The notes: generated from the letters alone by a model not told the origin. A stretch of DNA of 64,000 nt from a bacterium (GCA_043803945.1 JAZDJN010000040.1:1-64000), one strand, 5' to 3'; counted from the stretch's first letter, positions 49,845 to 59,291 are shown. Made by a program: numbers and translations.

Positions 49845-50103
49845 GAATACGCTTTCTAAGGTCTTTCATCACTTGGGATAAACTTCGGCCTTTATCTCCC
49901 GTTGCTCTTTGTGCTTGTGCAGCAGCAAGTTTACTGAAGAGATCAAGTTTTAATTGAAGTTTACTATATTGAGCCATCGACATTACGACCATATCTCCTT
50001 CTCCGTTGCGTGTAATGAAGATTGGCTCATTTAAGTTGTGAGCAAGATCGGATATTTCGTTTGCTTTGTTCCTCAGATCTGATATTGACTTAATAACAGG
50101 CAT
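49831..50103 (-). CDS. Phd/YefM family antitoxin
   Basis: MPVIKSISDLRN and EPIFITRNG motifs; GGAGG RBS before ATG 50103. Confidence 0.92.
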   Translation of the reverse strand: MPVIKSISDLRNKANEISDLAHNLNEPIFITRNGEGDMVVMSMAQYSKLQLKLDLFSKLAAAQAQRATGDKGRSLSQVMKDLRKRIRESS

Positions 50104-50128
50104 TGCTACCTCCATTGTTGTAGTAGCA

Positions 50129-50157
50129 ATATTATATCATTTAAATGAGAAAGTCAA
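50129..50157 (-). promoter_or_regulatory. TA promoter with palindromic operator
   Basis: TTGACT, 17-bp spacer, TAATAT; perfect palindrome TCATTTAAATGA lies in the spacer. Confidence 0.7.
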
Positions 50158-50172
50158 CATGCAGCGCCCGGC

Positions 50173-50320
50173 GTATAACAGCGGTGGCAACGATGTTCAA
50201 TAGTATAATTGACCAATTATGAACCTTAACAGTCCAAATTATAGTGTTCACTCAACCCTCCGCCATTCTTTAATAAAGTGTTGGTGTGGCGGGGCTGCGT
50301 TGCCACCGCACACGTTATGT
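50173..50320 (+). repeat. attC site
   Basis: GTATAAC, GCGGTGGCAACG / CGTTGCCACCGC perfect 12-bp arms, GTTATGT. Confidence 0.88.
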
Positions 50321-50359
50321 CGAAAGGAAATCTAAATAAGGATAGTCAATTGTGCTTCC

Positions 50360-50572
50360 GCCAAAAGATAAATTCCCGTTGTACGGGATGCCGTAAAGCG
50401 GCAGATGGTCGTCAGACTGCGACGGACTCGTCGAGCGGATAAACGCTCCAGAAAGATCGGTGGGTAAACTCGCTCCATTGCTCGTCCCGCATCAATGAGT
50501 TATTCGGATGCGGGACTCGCAACGGCCCCAAGAGACATCATCGGGGCAGGCGTTTTGCCTAAACTGTTATGT
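50360..50572 (+). repeat. Hairpin-rich gene-less unit ending in an attC right half
   Basis: GGGTAAACTCGCTCCATTG...CAACGGCCCC...GGCGTTTTGCCTAAACTGTTATGT matches the 46370-46563 site. Confidence 0.7.
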
Positions 50573-50627
50573 GCCATTTGCATCATATTCTACCTCTAAG
50601 ATCAATTCCACTTACTCGTAAACCCAT

Positions 50628-51329
50628 ATGCAAAACGAAAAAGTAATCCGGCCGTCAATTGGAGCATATGTTCGACGGAGTTCGGTGTTTGTCATTGCCT
50701 TCTCCTTACTCCTATCCGTCTACTCGATCTCATTGAACGCCCCTTGGGAACTCCTTATCTTTGTAGCGATCTTCGGAATAATTCTTCTCAGTTACATCTT
50801 CAATATGATAGCTACCAGCATCTCTATCACATTCGCTGGAATCATTTACAAGCCAGGATTATGGGGCCGGAAGAGTCTCTCGTGGTCAGATATAAGTGAA
50901 GTGACAACAGGCGTCAGAATCAACTTCAGTACAAGCGATGAATACCCATCAACGTATAAATATTTGACAATTCTTCGGAGCAACACTTCACCGAACAAGG
51001 ACATCGAAATTGACATTAAACTTTTTAGCAAGTGTGATCGGATTGACGTCTGTTCCACACTTCTCGAAGCAGTTTGGAATGAACTGTCTGGCAGAATAAG
51101 GCTGGTTCAAACTCCTATAAAACCTGAAGGTGGAATGATTGATGACACAACGCAGGCGAGGGCAATAGGTCGGGTGGCATCAGCATCAAACTCGATCTGG
51201 CTCGCCGTTTTCATGGGCGCCATGGCCGGTGTTGCAATTGGAAAATTAACCGATCCTGCAACGGGCATCGCAACCACTATCGGCGTCGTTATCATTATCA
51301 GTGCAATTGTTAAAAAGCTAAACTCGTAA
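50628..51329 (+). CDS. Hypothetical membrane protein with bacterial PH-like segment
   Basis: Two TM helices, GIIYK....KSLSWSDI pattern, and two C-terminal TM helices. Confidence 0.7.
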   Translation: MQNEKVIRPSIGAYVRRSSVFVIAFSLLLSVYSISLNAPWELLIFVAIFGIILLSYIFNMIATSISITFAGIIYKPGLWGRKSLSWSDISEVTTGVRINFSTSDEYPSTYKYLTILRSNTSPNKDIEIDIKLFSKCDRIDVCSTLLEAVWNELSGRIRLVQTPIKPEGGMIDDTTQARAIGRVASASNSIWLAVFMGAMAGVAIGKLTDPATGIATTIGVVIIISAIVKKLNS

Positions 51330-51439
51330 CTCTTTACATCGTGTATCACTAAAGCATTTGAATCCAGGAACAACTCCACAAGCAACAAAAAAGGAGTGCG
51401 AACGATATATAACATAACAGAGAGAAAAAAGAGAAATAC

Positions 51440-53140
51440 ATGCCCATTCGTATTGATCCCCGGCAGGACTTATCGCAGCAGCAGATTGCTAAACCGGATT
51501 TGGAACTTCGGCGACCAATTGTTGCTCTGAGTCTTTCGCTCCTCTGTCTCCATGTATGGTATGCATTTGCCGCACGGAGCGAGAGACTTCTCGTTCCTCA
51601 CTTTGTCTCCTGGATTCAAGATGTATGCTTGTTGGTCCTTTTAGGCGTGATCATTCATGCGACGATCCGGATCAAGCAGAAGCTGTCACACCACAATCAT
51701 TTACCTCGCATCATCCCGAAGGCGATCCTACTGCTTCTTGCTGTGATATTGTCTTCCTATCCTTCTCAACTCGCCGGCTTTCTCACTTTTCCTGTAAACG
51801 TTTTTCGAGTAGACGATCAGACTGTCAAATTCTTTTTCACGGAGTACCTTGGTCTAAGCGCTCTTCTGCCCCCGCTTGTTTTCATGGTGTTGGCGTTAGT
51901 ATTCTACTGGGTGTTACCGAAGAACTTCGCCCGGAAAGCAATACGTTTCGTTGCACTTACTTTTATCGTTCTTGGCACACTTTCGTTGAGTCATTCCGCT
52001 CCTCAGCCATTTGTCTTCAGCTTACAGAATACAATACAAGAGTTGCTCCTCACCGGCGAACGAGTCGTCCTTTCGCTCACAAGACCCCTTCAATCCGCAA
52101 CCGCTGTAGCATACGATTCGTCTGCCTTTACAATTATTGATACGTGTGCTTCATTGCGATACAATCACGTCCTGATGCTTGTTCTTGAGAGTGTCAACAC
52201 CGTTTCGTTTGAGAAAGAATTTCTCTCTCGACACAATGGGTACTTTGCACAGGTAAAGAATCGATCAACATACTTCAATCGCTACTATGCCACCAACCTT
52301 GATAGCTACACAAGTCTCATTTGCATACTCACATCGGTGATGGTTCCCTATCGTTCTTATTCAGATCCCGCCTTATATGAGGGCATCAACAATGCACCCA
52401 ATATTGTGAAGGCGGTTCGACGACGTGGATTCAAGACACTGTTCATCAGCACCTATGAATATCAGCCATTCGTTCCGGTCCGCGACGACTGGGATCGTAT
52501 CATAGATATACACGATCTTCCAGCAGAGAATCGCTACGTTTCCGTCGGCACGAACAAAATGGAATCAGCTACAGAGGATATGGCTGGGCTTTCGACAATT
52601 GTAAGTTTTATGAGATCGAACCAACAGACGTTCGTTCTCCACGAACTCGTCTATGGCCATTCGCCAGATTGGATCATGAAGACAGGCATTCCACAGGTTG
52701 AATACTACGACCGTTACATTCAAGCGATCACTCATGTACTGGATTCGACCGGCATTGGCGATCAGACGCTCGTTGTTGTTGTGTCTGATCACGGCTCAAG
52801 AGAACATTCTGCGGATATCAACAATTACCAGGTACCTCTTCTCCTAACCGGCATTTCGGTACCCAGCGGTGTTGATTCTTCTTTTGCTTCCCATATGGAT
52901 TTGTCATCAATAATCAGTGGCGCTCTTACAGGCAGTAGTTCTATTGCGAACTGCTCTTCGTTGTTTGTCGTTGGCAGTACTGAAAAATGGGTCTACGGAC
53001 AGATCACTTCAGACGGATCATTTTTGTTCATCGATGATGAACGCGGCACCGTCATGGCTAGCAGTGGCCATCTTGACGCACCGAACGTTCATAATGGATT
53101 TCAGAGACTGCTAAACGGATTTGCCGCACACTTTCAATAG
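51440..53140 (+). CDS. Membrane-anchored sulfatase-like (LTA synthase family) protein
   Basis: About 5 TM helices, then VLES, GH, YYD and VVVSDHG..VPL motifs. Confidence 0.8.
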   Translation: MPIRIDPRQDLSQQQIAKPDLELRRPIVALSLSLLCLHVWYAFAARSERLLVPHFVSWIQDVCLLVLLGVIIHATIRIKQKLSHHNHLPRIIPKAILLLLAVILSSYPSQLAGFLTFPVNVFRVDDQTVKFFFTEYLGLSALLPPLVFMVLALVFYWVLPKNFARKAIRFVALTFIVLGTLSLSHSAPQPFVFSLQNTIQELLLTGERVVLSLTRPLQSATAVAYDSSAFTIIDTCASLRYNHVLMLVLESVNTVSFEKEFLSRHNGYFAQVKNRSTYFNRYYATNLDSYTSLICILTSVMVPYRSYSDPALYEGINNAPNIVKAVRRRGFKTLFISTYEYQPFVPVRDDWDRIIDIHDLPAENRYVSVGTNKMESATEDMAGLSTIVSFMRSNQQTFVLHELVYGHSPDWIMKTGIPQVEYYDRYIQAITHVLDSTGIGDQTLVVVVSDHGSREHSADINNYQVPLLLTGISVPSGVDSSFASHMDLSSIISGALTGSSSIANCSSLFVVGSTEKWVYGQITSDGSFLFIDDERGTVMASSGHLDAPNVHNGFQRLLNGFAAHFQ

Positions 53141-53179
53141 TAATGAGAAGAAGTTATATTGTACATACGTCTGCGTGGC

Positions 53180-53302
53180 GTATAACACGTACTTGCGACG
53201 CCCGCCTACACTCCGTATCGGTGGGCAGGCTCCCGCCCAGTACGATGGCGGGACGGCCCCGATAGACATCATCTGGGCAGGCGTTTTGCCTAAATGTTCA
53301 AT
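53180..53302 (+). repeat. attC-like repeat, palindrome-filled family
   Basis: GTATAAC-AC-GTACTTGCGACG...GGCGTTTTGCCTAAAT-GTTCAAT; close match to 49392-49516. Confidence 0.78.
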
Positions 53303-53339
53303 GTGATTGGCAGTGTACCAAATCCATACAATTCGACCT

Positions 53340-54179
53340 ATGATAAAAAAAACGACTTCTCAACAAAGCAAGATTTATTTGACTCAGGAATCCCGAAGCG
53401 AATGGACCTTTGAGTTCCCGCGGCTTGATGAACGCGCCTACGCACTTTTCCATGAGGCTCTTGAATACTTCGACATCGGCAACTACGGCAAGGCAGAGAA
53501 AGAACTGCAACTACTGCTTGAAGGCTTTCCAGAATTCATTGATGTCGCTCATCACCTCGCTATTATATTTGATGAAACAGGGCGGCACAAGGAAGCAAAG
53601 CGGCTCTGGGAGGTTGCCGTGGAAATGGGGCTAAGCGCCCTGCCGAGGGCCTTTAAACGAGGCCGACATAAACTTCCATGGGTGATTCTTGAAAATCGAC
53701 CCTTCTTGCGAGTCTATCATTCCTGGGGATTACTATTACTCAAGGAGAAAAAAGTTACAGAGGCCGTGACCGTCTTCAAAGAGATCCTCTCGATGAATCC
53801 CAACGACAACCAGAGTATTCGTTCGCTTGTTATCGATTCCTATTTTCAATTGGGTCAACCCGATCAGGTGCTGGCGACGTGCCGGCGGTTTCGAAATGAT
53901 ACCATAGAAGAAGTTCTGTACGGACGTCCCCTCGCTCTCTTTCAACTTCAACGGGAGCAGGAGGCGAGAACGGCATTGCTTCAGGCAATCGATATTCTTC
54001 CTCTTATTGCTGAAGAGCTTGTTAAGAAGAGCCATCGCCCGCCGAAGAACTTCAATCCACACTTCATTACAATCGGTGGAAACGATCAAGCATACTATTA
54101 CTGGAGGCGCAACGGCCAATATTGGGAGAAGACGAACGGCGCCCTGCAATTTGTGGCGTCAGTCCTGACACTGCGTTGA
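53340..54179 (+). CDS. TPR-containing protein
   Basis: TPR helices with W..LENRPFLR and NPNDNQSIR motifs. Confidence 0.8.
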   Translation: MIKKTTSQQSKIYLTQESRSEWTFEFPRLDERAYALFHEALEYFDIGNYGKAEKELQLLLEGFPEFIDVAHHLAIIFDETGRHKEAKRLWEVAVEMGLSALPRAFKRGRHKLPWVILENRPFLRVYHSWGLLLLKEKKVTEAVTVFKEILSMNPNDNQSIRSLVIDSYFQLGQPDQVLATCRRFRNDTIEEVLYGRPLALFQLQREQEARTALLQAIDILPLIAEELVKKSHRPPKNFNPHFITIGGNDQAYYYWRRNGQYWEKTNGALQFVASVLTLR

Positions 54180-54338
54180 CCGTGACTGCACGTCGCATAA
54201 AACGTCAACTGCAATTGTTTTACTGGTTTTGCTCATGCTGCTTAACCCGGTACTGTTATACGGTTCCGCCAAATCGCAAGTTAGTATGAGTCGATTGCCC
54301 GGGAATAATCGAACATATGTCTGATTCGGAGAAACGAC

Positions 54339-55442
54339 ATGAAAACCGCGTTCCTTTTGCTCGTCCTTGCTGTCTTCCAAATCCACGCTCAGGAAATCTT
54401 ACGGATTCGAAGCTTCGACAGCGAGGTAATTGAAGGAAGGCTCACGATCCCTGCAACCGGTTTCAAGAACAAAATCGTAATTGATGTACCAGGCACGGGT
54501 CCACATACGTACGAAAACTATCGGAGAATAGGCAGAAGTACAACATTCAAATACCATGACTATTTTGCAGACGAATTCGCCAAGCGAGGCATTGCTTACT
54601 TTAGTTACAATACACGCTATACCATCCCGGATACCACTCCGCCGTACTTTGACAGGGTTGACAAGGAGAAGTTTTTTTCATACACACCTTCGATAAAAGT
54701 AAAAGACGTAGAGGAAATCATCAGGTCCCTAAGAAACGACAAGAGACTTGAGTCCTGCAAATTCATACTCCTGGGCTGGAGCGAGGGTACAATTATTGCC
54801 AGCCTGGCAGCGGAGCGGAAATTGGCTGCAATAGATGCAATCTTTCTGGCCGGCACACCTTCGGACGATGTTTACACCACAATACTCTGGCAGCACAGCG
54901 GCGCATCTTCAATGATAACCTTCAAGAAGTTCTTCGATACGAATAAAGATGGTATCATTCAGCGGACCGAATACGAAAACGCAGACCCAAGAGCGATAGC
55001 ACGTGTGGGAGGCAAGAAATTCGAAGAGCTAGATCTACATCACGACTCTGTCTTAACTACTGAAGATTTTCGTCTTATCCTTCAATCCCGGCTGCAACAA
55101 ATTCTCGCAGCTATCGAGAGAAAAGATAACGAATGGATATGGAATTCGTTCTTTCGGATCGGGACGCGCTGGATTGAGGAACATCGGGCACTTGAGCCAA
55201 ATAAGACAAGAGTCCTGAAACTGGACATACCTGTATATTTATTTCATGGCGAAGACGATGCAAACTGTCCCGTGGAGGGAGTTTTGGAGATGCAGCAAAG
55301 GGCTCAGGAATTGAAGAAGCAGAACATACGCGTTTTCACCTTTCCTGAGCACGATCATTCTCTCGAGTTTATTGCCTGGGTCGTACGACACTCCATACCT
55401 GATGGTTTGAGAATCCTTTTCGATCAAATGGAAAAGTTCTAA
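54339..55442 (+). CDS. Secreted alpha/beta hydrolase with EF-hand-like insert
   Basis: Signal peptide; GTGP, GWSEG, HGEDD and DHSL motifs; DTNKDGII...E loop. Confidence 0.88.
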   Translation: MKTAFLLLVLAVFQIHAQEILRIRSFDSEVIEGRLTIPATGFKNKIVIDVPGTGPHTYENYRRIGRSTTFKYHDYFADEFAKRGIAYFSYNTRYTIPDTTPPYFDRVDKEKFFSYTPSIKVKDVEEIIRSLRNDKRLESCKFILLGWSEGTIIASLAAERKLAAIDAIFLAGTPSDDVYTTILWQHSGASSMITFKKFFDTNKDGIIQRTEYENADPRAIARVGGKKFEELDLHHDSVLTTEDFRLILQSRLQQILAAIERKDNEWIWNSFFRIGTRWIEEHRALEPNKTRVLKLDIPVYLFHGEDDANCPVEGVLEMQQRAQELKKQNIRVFTFPEHDHSLEFIAWVVRHSIPDGLRILFDQMEKF

Positions 55443-55751
55443 TTCCCTGGAATATTTTGTGGCCATGATATTTTCATCACAAAACAACTGCAGCGAACGG
55501 ACGTGCCTACGATGCAGATACCTTATGAGAACAGCACAAAGCAGAGGTACAGCCGATTGATATTGCTCTATGGTTAAGCGGAAATATTTCTGAGGACGAT
55601 TCGTTTTTAAAGATCTGACACCAGGGATATGATTTGTACTCTTCATCAATGAAGTTTCTCAGTACTTCATTCAAGTTCAGGTAGGACAATTTTGAAGAGA
55701 TATTATACTCATGCCTGGAAGAATAAATAAGCTTTGAGAGACGACAAAAAT

Positions 55752-55980
55752 CCTGGAGGTCGGTAGACTCGCCTCCCCGCCAGAACGCATGGCGGGCTGG
55801 TTGCCGAGGACGTAGCGAAAACACATAAGCTCGGCGAGACGCCGTCGCGCTAGTGTTTTTTCAATTCTGGGAGGTCGGTAGACTCGCCTCTGGCGAGGAG
55901 CTCCCGCCAAACAGACGGCGGGCAAGCCAGCTCCCGACCACATCAGGTGAGAAGTAAGAAGTTAGATGTGAGATGCGAGA
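55752..55980. repeat. Two REP-like elements with nested palindromes and heptamer tail
   Basis: GGAGGTCGGTAGACTCGCCTC at about 55755 and 55870; CCCGCC-N8/10-GGCGGG inserts; CAGCTCCCGACCA end. Confidence 0.78.
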
Positions 55981-56005
55981 TGAATTGGAATGGGTCCAAC
56001 AATAC

Positions 56006-56028
56006 AAAAGCCCCGTCGCCGGGGCTTT
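56006..56028 (-). terminator. Intrinsic terminator
   Basis: AAAGCCCCG/CGGGGCTTT hairpin downstream of the 56072-57712 gene. Confidence 0.7.
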
Positions 56029-56071
56029 CGCTTAACTACAGATTGATTTGGAGGAACGAATCGAAGTGAGA

Positions 56072-57712
56072 TCATTTCAGCAGTTGCATCTGCCGCTCTT
56101 TGACAACATTGCCTGCCTGAAGCCGATAGATATACACCCCGCTTGAAAGATTCTTTCCATCGAAAACGACCGTGTGCGTGCCTGCACCGACTTCTGCATC
56201 GACCAATGTTCTCACCTCGCGGCCAAGCATATCGTACACTCTTAATGTCACGCGTTCAGCTTGCGGCAGAATGAACTCGATTGTTGTAGTCGGATTGAAT
56301 GGATTCGGATAATTCGCTTCGAGTTTGTATCCATCTTCCGGTACTGCTTCTTCTGCTCCCTGCTCTAATGTACCATCCTCCGAGATGCCCTTGAACTCAG
56401 GCATATCTTTCCCATCCCATAACATGAACTTTGCCAGCCTTAACTTTGCCTTGAGGTCTGCACCCAGAAGATCCATCTTCTTTGTCCGCTCGACGGCAAA
56501 CTTCAGAAGCAGCTTTGCTTTATCGCCCAGAACGTTTTCATACTGCGCATACCAGTCTTTTCCGATCTTCGCAACATCTTCCTTCCATTGCTGGCCGGCA
56601 GGTTTTGCTACTTTGCCGATTTCCTCGAGTGTGGATTTATACTTCACGGCAATCGGCTTTAATTCTTCAAGCAATGCCTTCTGAGATTTCTTAACCTCCT
56701 CCAGTTTTTCTTTCATACTCTGGAGTGTGGTTCGGTCTCCTCTTGTCGTTGCATCTTTGATAGCATTTGTGATTCGCTGTTCGCGTTGCTTCAATGAAGC
56801 GGCACGATCGCGCAAACTATTCAAGGCTCTCAAATCCTCCTGAGCCATGGCGTTGTCAAGTCCGCCTTTCCACCGGCGCAGGCGGGGAACAACATTTTGC
56901 TGTGCCCAATCGTGAATCGACTTGAGAAGAATATTAAGGACTCTGACACTCGGCTGATCAAATTTTCTATCCGTGCCAAGGATATTCTTCATATTATTCA
57001 GTGCCAGCATTCCTGTACCGATCCGAAGCATGAGTTGGTCGACCGTCGGCAGATCAGAACCATCCCACAACATGAATTTTGCGGCAGCCATCTTTCCCCG
57101 GAGTTCGGGGGCAATACCATTGGCCTGTTTAAGTTTATCAACGCCGAGCTTTACCAGTTTCTTCATGCCATCGCTCATAATACTCTGGTTCTTTTCATAC
57201 CATTCTTTGAGCAGCTTGCCGACATTCTCTTTCCATTGCTTCGCAAAGGATTTGGAATCCGTACCGATAGCGATCAGGGTTTCTTTATTTTTCTCTGCAA
57301 TCGGTTTCAGAGCGATAAGAATTCCTTTTTGTTCCTTTCCTATGGCTGCCAGTTTTTCCTTCAGTGCCTTTGCCTCATCTGTCTTCTTCTCCATGATGGC
57401 GATTTGAAGAGCAAGCGAGACTCTCTGCTTCTGATTGTCCAGGCTCTTTGCCTGTTCACGAAGTTTATTCAACGACGCGAGATCTTCAACGGTCATGGTT
57501 TCATCGAGTTTCGTTTTCCAGGCTTTCATCTGAGGGATAACATCCGTCTGAGCCCAATCCCGTGCTGAGGCTACCAGATCCTTCAACGCAGCAAGGCTTC
57601 TTGGGTCAATGCCCCCGGTTCCGATTTGTGCTTGTGCAGTTGCCTGGATGAGCAGCAATCCGACAACCATTGTCACTAAAAACCTTGTAAACGATTTTAT
57701 CATGTTCTCCAT
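56072..57712 (-). CDS. Secreted protein with two helical repeats of about 215 aa and a C-terminal sorting domain
   Basis: DWAQ..V.P...WK..LD..M..EDL..LN.LR and AKFMLWDG each occur twice; ANYPNPFNPTT...MQLLK tail. Confidence 0.85.
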   Translation of the reverse strand: MENMIKSFTRFLVTMVVGLLLIQATAQAQIGTGGIDPRSLAALKDLVASARDWAQTDVIPQMKAWKTKLDETMTVEDLASLNKLREQAKSLDNQKQRVSLALQIAIMEKKTDEAKALKEKLAAIGKEQKGILIALKPIAEKNKETLIAIGTDSKSFAKQWKENVGKLLKEWYEKNQSIMSDGMKKLVKLGVDKLKQANGIAPELRGKMAAAKFMLWDGSDLPTVDQLMLRIGTGMLALNNMKNILGTDRKFDQPSVRVLNILLKSIHDWAQQNVVPRLRRWKGGLDNAMAQEDLRALNSLRDRAASLKQREQRITNAIKDATTRGDRTTLQSMKEKLEEVKKSQKALLEELKPIAVKYKSTLEEIGKVAKPAGQQWKEDVAKIGKDWYAQYENVLGDKAKLLLKFAVERTKKMDLLGADLKAKLRLAKFMLWDGKDMPEFKGISEDGTLEQGAEEAVPEDGYKLEANYPNPFNPTTTIEFILPQAERVTLRVYDMLGREVRTLVDAEVGAGTHTVVFDGKNLSSGVYIYRLQAGNVVKERQMQLLK

Positions 57713-57761
57713 GGTGATCTCCTCTTCTCAATCTGTTTGATATTAATCTATTCATTTTCTT

Positions 57762-57788
57762 TGACGTTTTCCACTCTTAACAAGTTTA
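57762..57788 (-). promoter_or_regulatory. Candidate ECF-type promoter
   Basis: Minus strand AAAC, 17-bp spacer, CGTC upstream of 57712. Confidence 0.4.
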
Positions 57789-57931
57789 ATAATTGACCGC
57801 GAGCGAGAAAAATATTTCCTGGATATCCCTTGCCGAACAGCGAAAGGGAGGACTTAAAAATCGGTAGCGATTGCACAGAAAAACTTGTAAATTCAGGCAG
57901 AAATAATAACAATTCAGTGCAATTTTTGCCT

Positions 57932-58420
57932 ATGAATATCAGGATATTCGTTACGGGCGGGACATTCGATAAAGAGTATAACGAGCTTGAGGGAAAACTA
58001 TTCTTCAAGGATACCCATGTCTCTGAAATGCTCCATCTGGGCCGGTGTAAACTAAAGGTTGATATTCGCAGTCTGATGATGGTCGATAGCCTGGAAATGA
58101 CAGACGAAGATCGGGAGATTATTTTGAAGCATTGCCTCAAAGCAAAAGAGGACCGGATCGTCATTACTCACGGCACCGACACAATGGACCAGACCGCAAA
58201 ACTGCTCGGCCAGAAGATTAAGGACAAGACAATTATTCTTACCGGTGCGATGGTGCCATACAAATTCGGCAGTTCCGACGGCCTCTTCAATCTTGGCAGT
58301 GCCCTGGCGTTTGCGCAGACACTCTCCCACGGGGTTTACATTGCCATGAACGGACGATACTTCTCCTGGAATAATGTGAAGAAGAACAGACATCTGGGAC
58401 AATTTGAAGAGTCAATCTGA
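57932..58420 (+). CDS. Short asparaginase domain protein
   Basis: TGGTFDK, DS, ITHGTDTM and LTGAM motifs. Confidence 0.9.
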   Translation: MNIRIFVTGGTFDKEYNELEGKLFFKDTHVSEMLHLGRCKLKVDIRSLMMVDSLEMTDEDREIILKHCLKAKEDRIVITHGTDTMDQTAKLLGQKIKDKTIILTGAMVPYKFGSSDGLFNLGSALAFAQTLSHGVYIAMNGRYFSWNNVKKNRHLGQFEESI

Positions 58421-58430
58421 CAACACAAGT

Positions 58431-59045
58431 ATGAAGAAGGCTTTACTCCCAATCTATCAGGATGAACTTGATCTGATCCGCAAGGCTCAGCAAGGAGATG
58501 ACCATGCATTCACCCAGCTTGTGAAACGGTACGAGAATCTTGTATACAGCTTCGCCTTCAAAATGTGCCGTAACAAAGAGAAGGCAGAAGAGACCTGGCA
58601 GGATACGTTTGTAAATGTGTACCGGAAGCTTGGACAGTTCGACGGGAAATCCAAATTTTCCACCTGGATGTACAGCATCGTTACAAACAACTGTCTGATG
58701 AAGCAGCGCATCAGGAAACTCGACCAGGCATCGGTATCGATTGATCTGCCCGACTCCAGCCATGACGATTCCGGCCTCGGCGAGAAGGAAGCCGGGGTAA
58801 TTGTCGCATGGAGGGAAACACCACTAGATTCGGTGATGGACAAGGAATTGAAACTGTTGCTTGATGAGGCCATCCGACAGCTTCCTCCCGATTATCGTGT
58901 CGTCTTCATTCTTCGGGATATTGAAGGCCAATCGGCTGAAGAGACAGCGAAAATACTGAAGCTTTCCGTCCCGGCGGTCAAATCCCGGCTGAGACGAGCA
59001 AGGGTTTTTCTCCGTGACCGCTTAAATGGTTATATGACATCATGA
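58431..59045 (+). CDS. ECF RNA polymerase sigma factor
   Basis: AF..LV.RY, AEE..QDTF, SKFSTW, LP..YR.VF.LRD and VKSRLRRAR motifs. Confidence 0.93.
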   Translation: MKKALLPIYQDELDLIRKAQQGDDHAFTQLVKRYENLVYSFAFKMCRNKEKAEETWQDTFVNVYRKLGQFDGKSKFSTWMYSIVTNNCLMKQRIRKLDQASVSIDLPDSSHDDSGLGEKEAGVIVAWRETPLDSVMDKELKLLLDEAIRQLPPDYRVVFILRDIEGQSAEETAKILKLSVPAVKSRLRRARVFLRDRLNGYMTS

Positions 59046-59290
59046 AAAAGAAAACCATTTCATGTTCAGGCACTCTGAAACACATCTGTGATCAGTTGGG
59101 TGAGCACAGGGATTCTGCCACTTGCAGGGAAATCCAGAATCACCTGGCCGGCTGTCCCGAATGTTCGGCATACCTCGATAGCCTGAAAAAGACAATTCAT
59201 CTCTATAAGGAATATCCAACACCGAAGGTCTCCTCCCGGTCGAGGGCCAAACTCTTTGCACTTCTATCAGATTCAATCCAATCAAAATAA
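59042..59290 (+). CDS. Zinc-binding (zf-HC2) cytoplasmic anti-sigma factor
   Basis: HLAGCPEC motif; 4-bp overlap with the sigma gene. Confidence 0.85.
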   Translation: MKKKTISCSGTLKHICDQLGEHRDSATCREIQNHLAGCPECSAYLDSLKKTIHLYKEYPTPKVSSRSRAKLFALLSDSIQSK

Positions 59291-59291
59291 T

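Larger units (their letters stand above)
41694..55490 (+). mobile_element. Integron-type gene cassette array, no integrase in the window (CALIN-like)
   Basis: Serial ..TAAC...GTT.. hairpin sites between genes. Each cassette's end box complements the preceding GTT box, e.g. GTTAGGCGCA 43861 with TGCGCCTAAC 44666. Antisense TA cassettes are present. Confidence 0.88.

Noticed and set aside
45548-53302. Recurring repeats read as a CRISPR array
   Set aside because: Units are 120-190 bp, separated by whole genes, carry attC boxes, and no cas genes are present.
54195-54261. attC between the TPR and hydrolase genes
   Set aside because: GCATAAAAC and GTTATAC boxes are present but the arms do not pair; treated only as a possible eroded junction.
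55507-55824. Minus-strand ORF with a faint HepT/DUF86-like YPW.QI stretch
   Set aside because: It starts inside a REP, lacks the RxxxxH motif, and the similarity is too weak to call.
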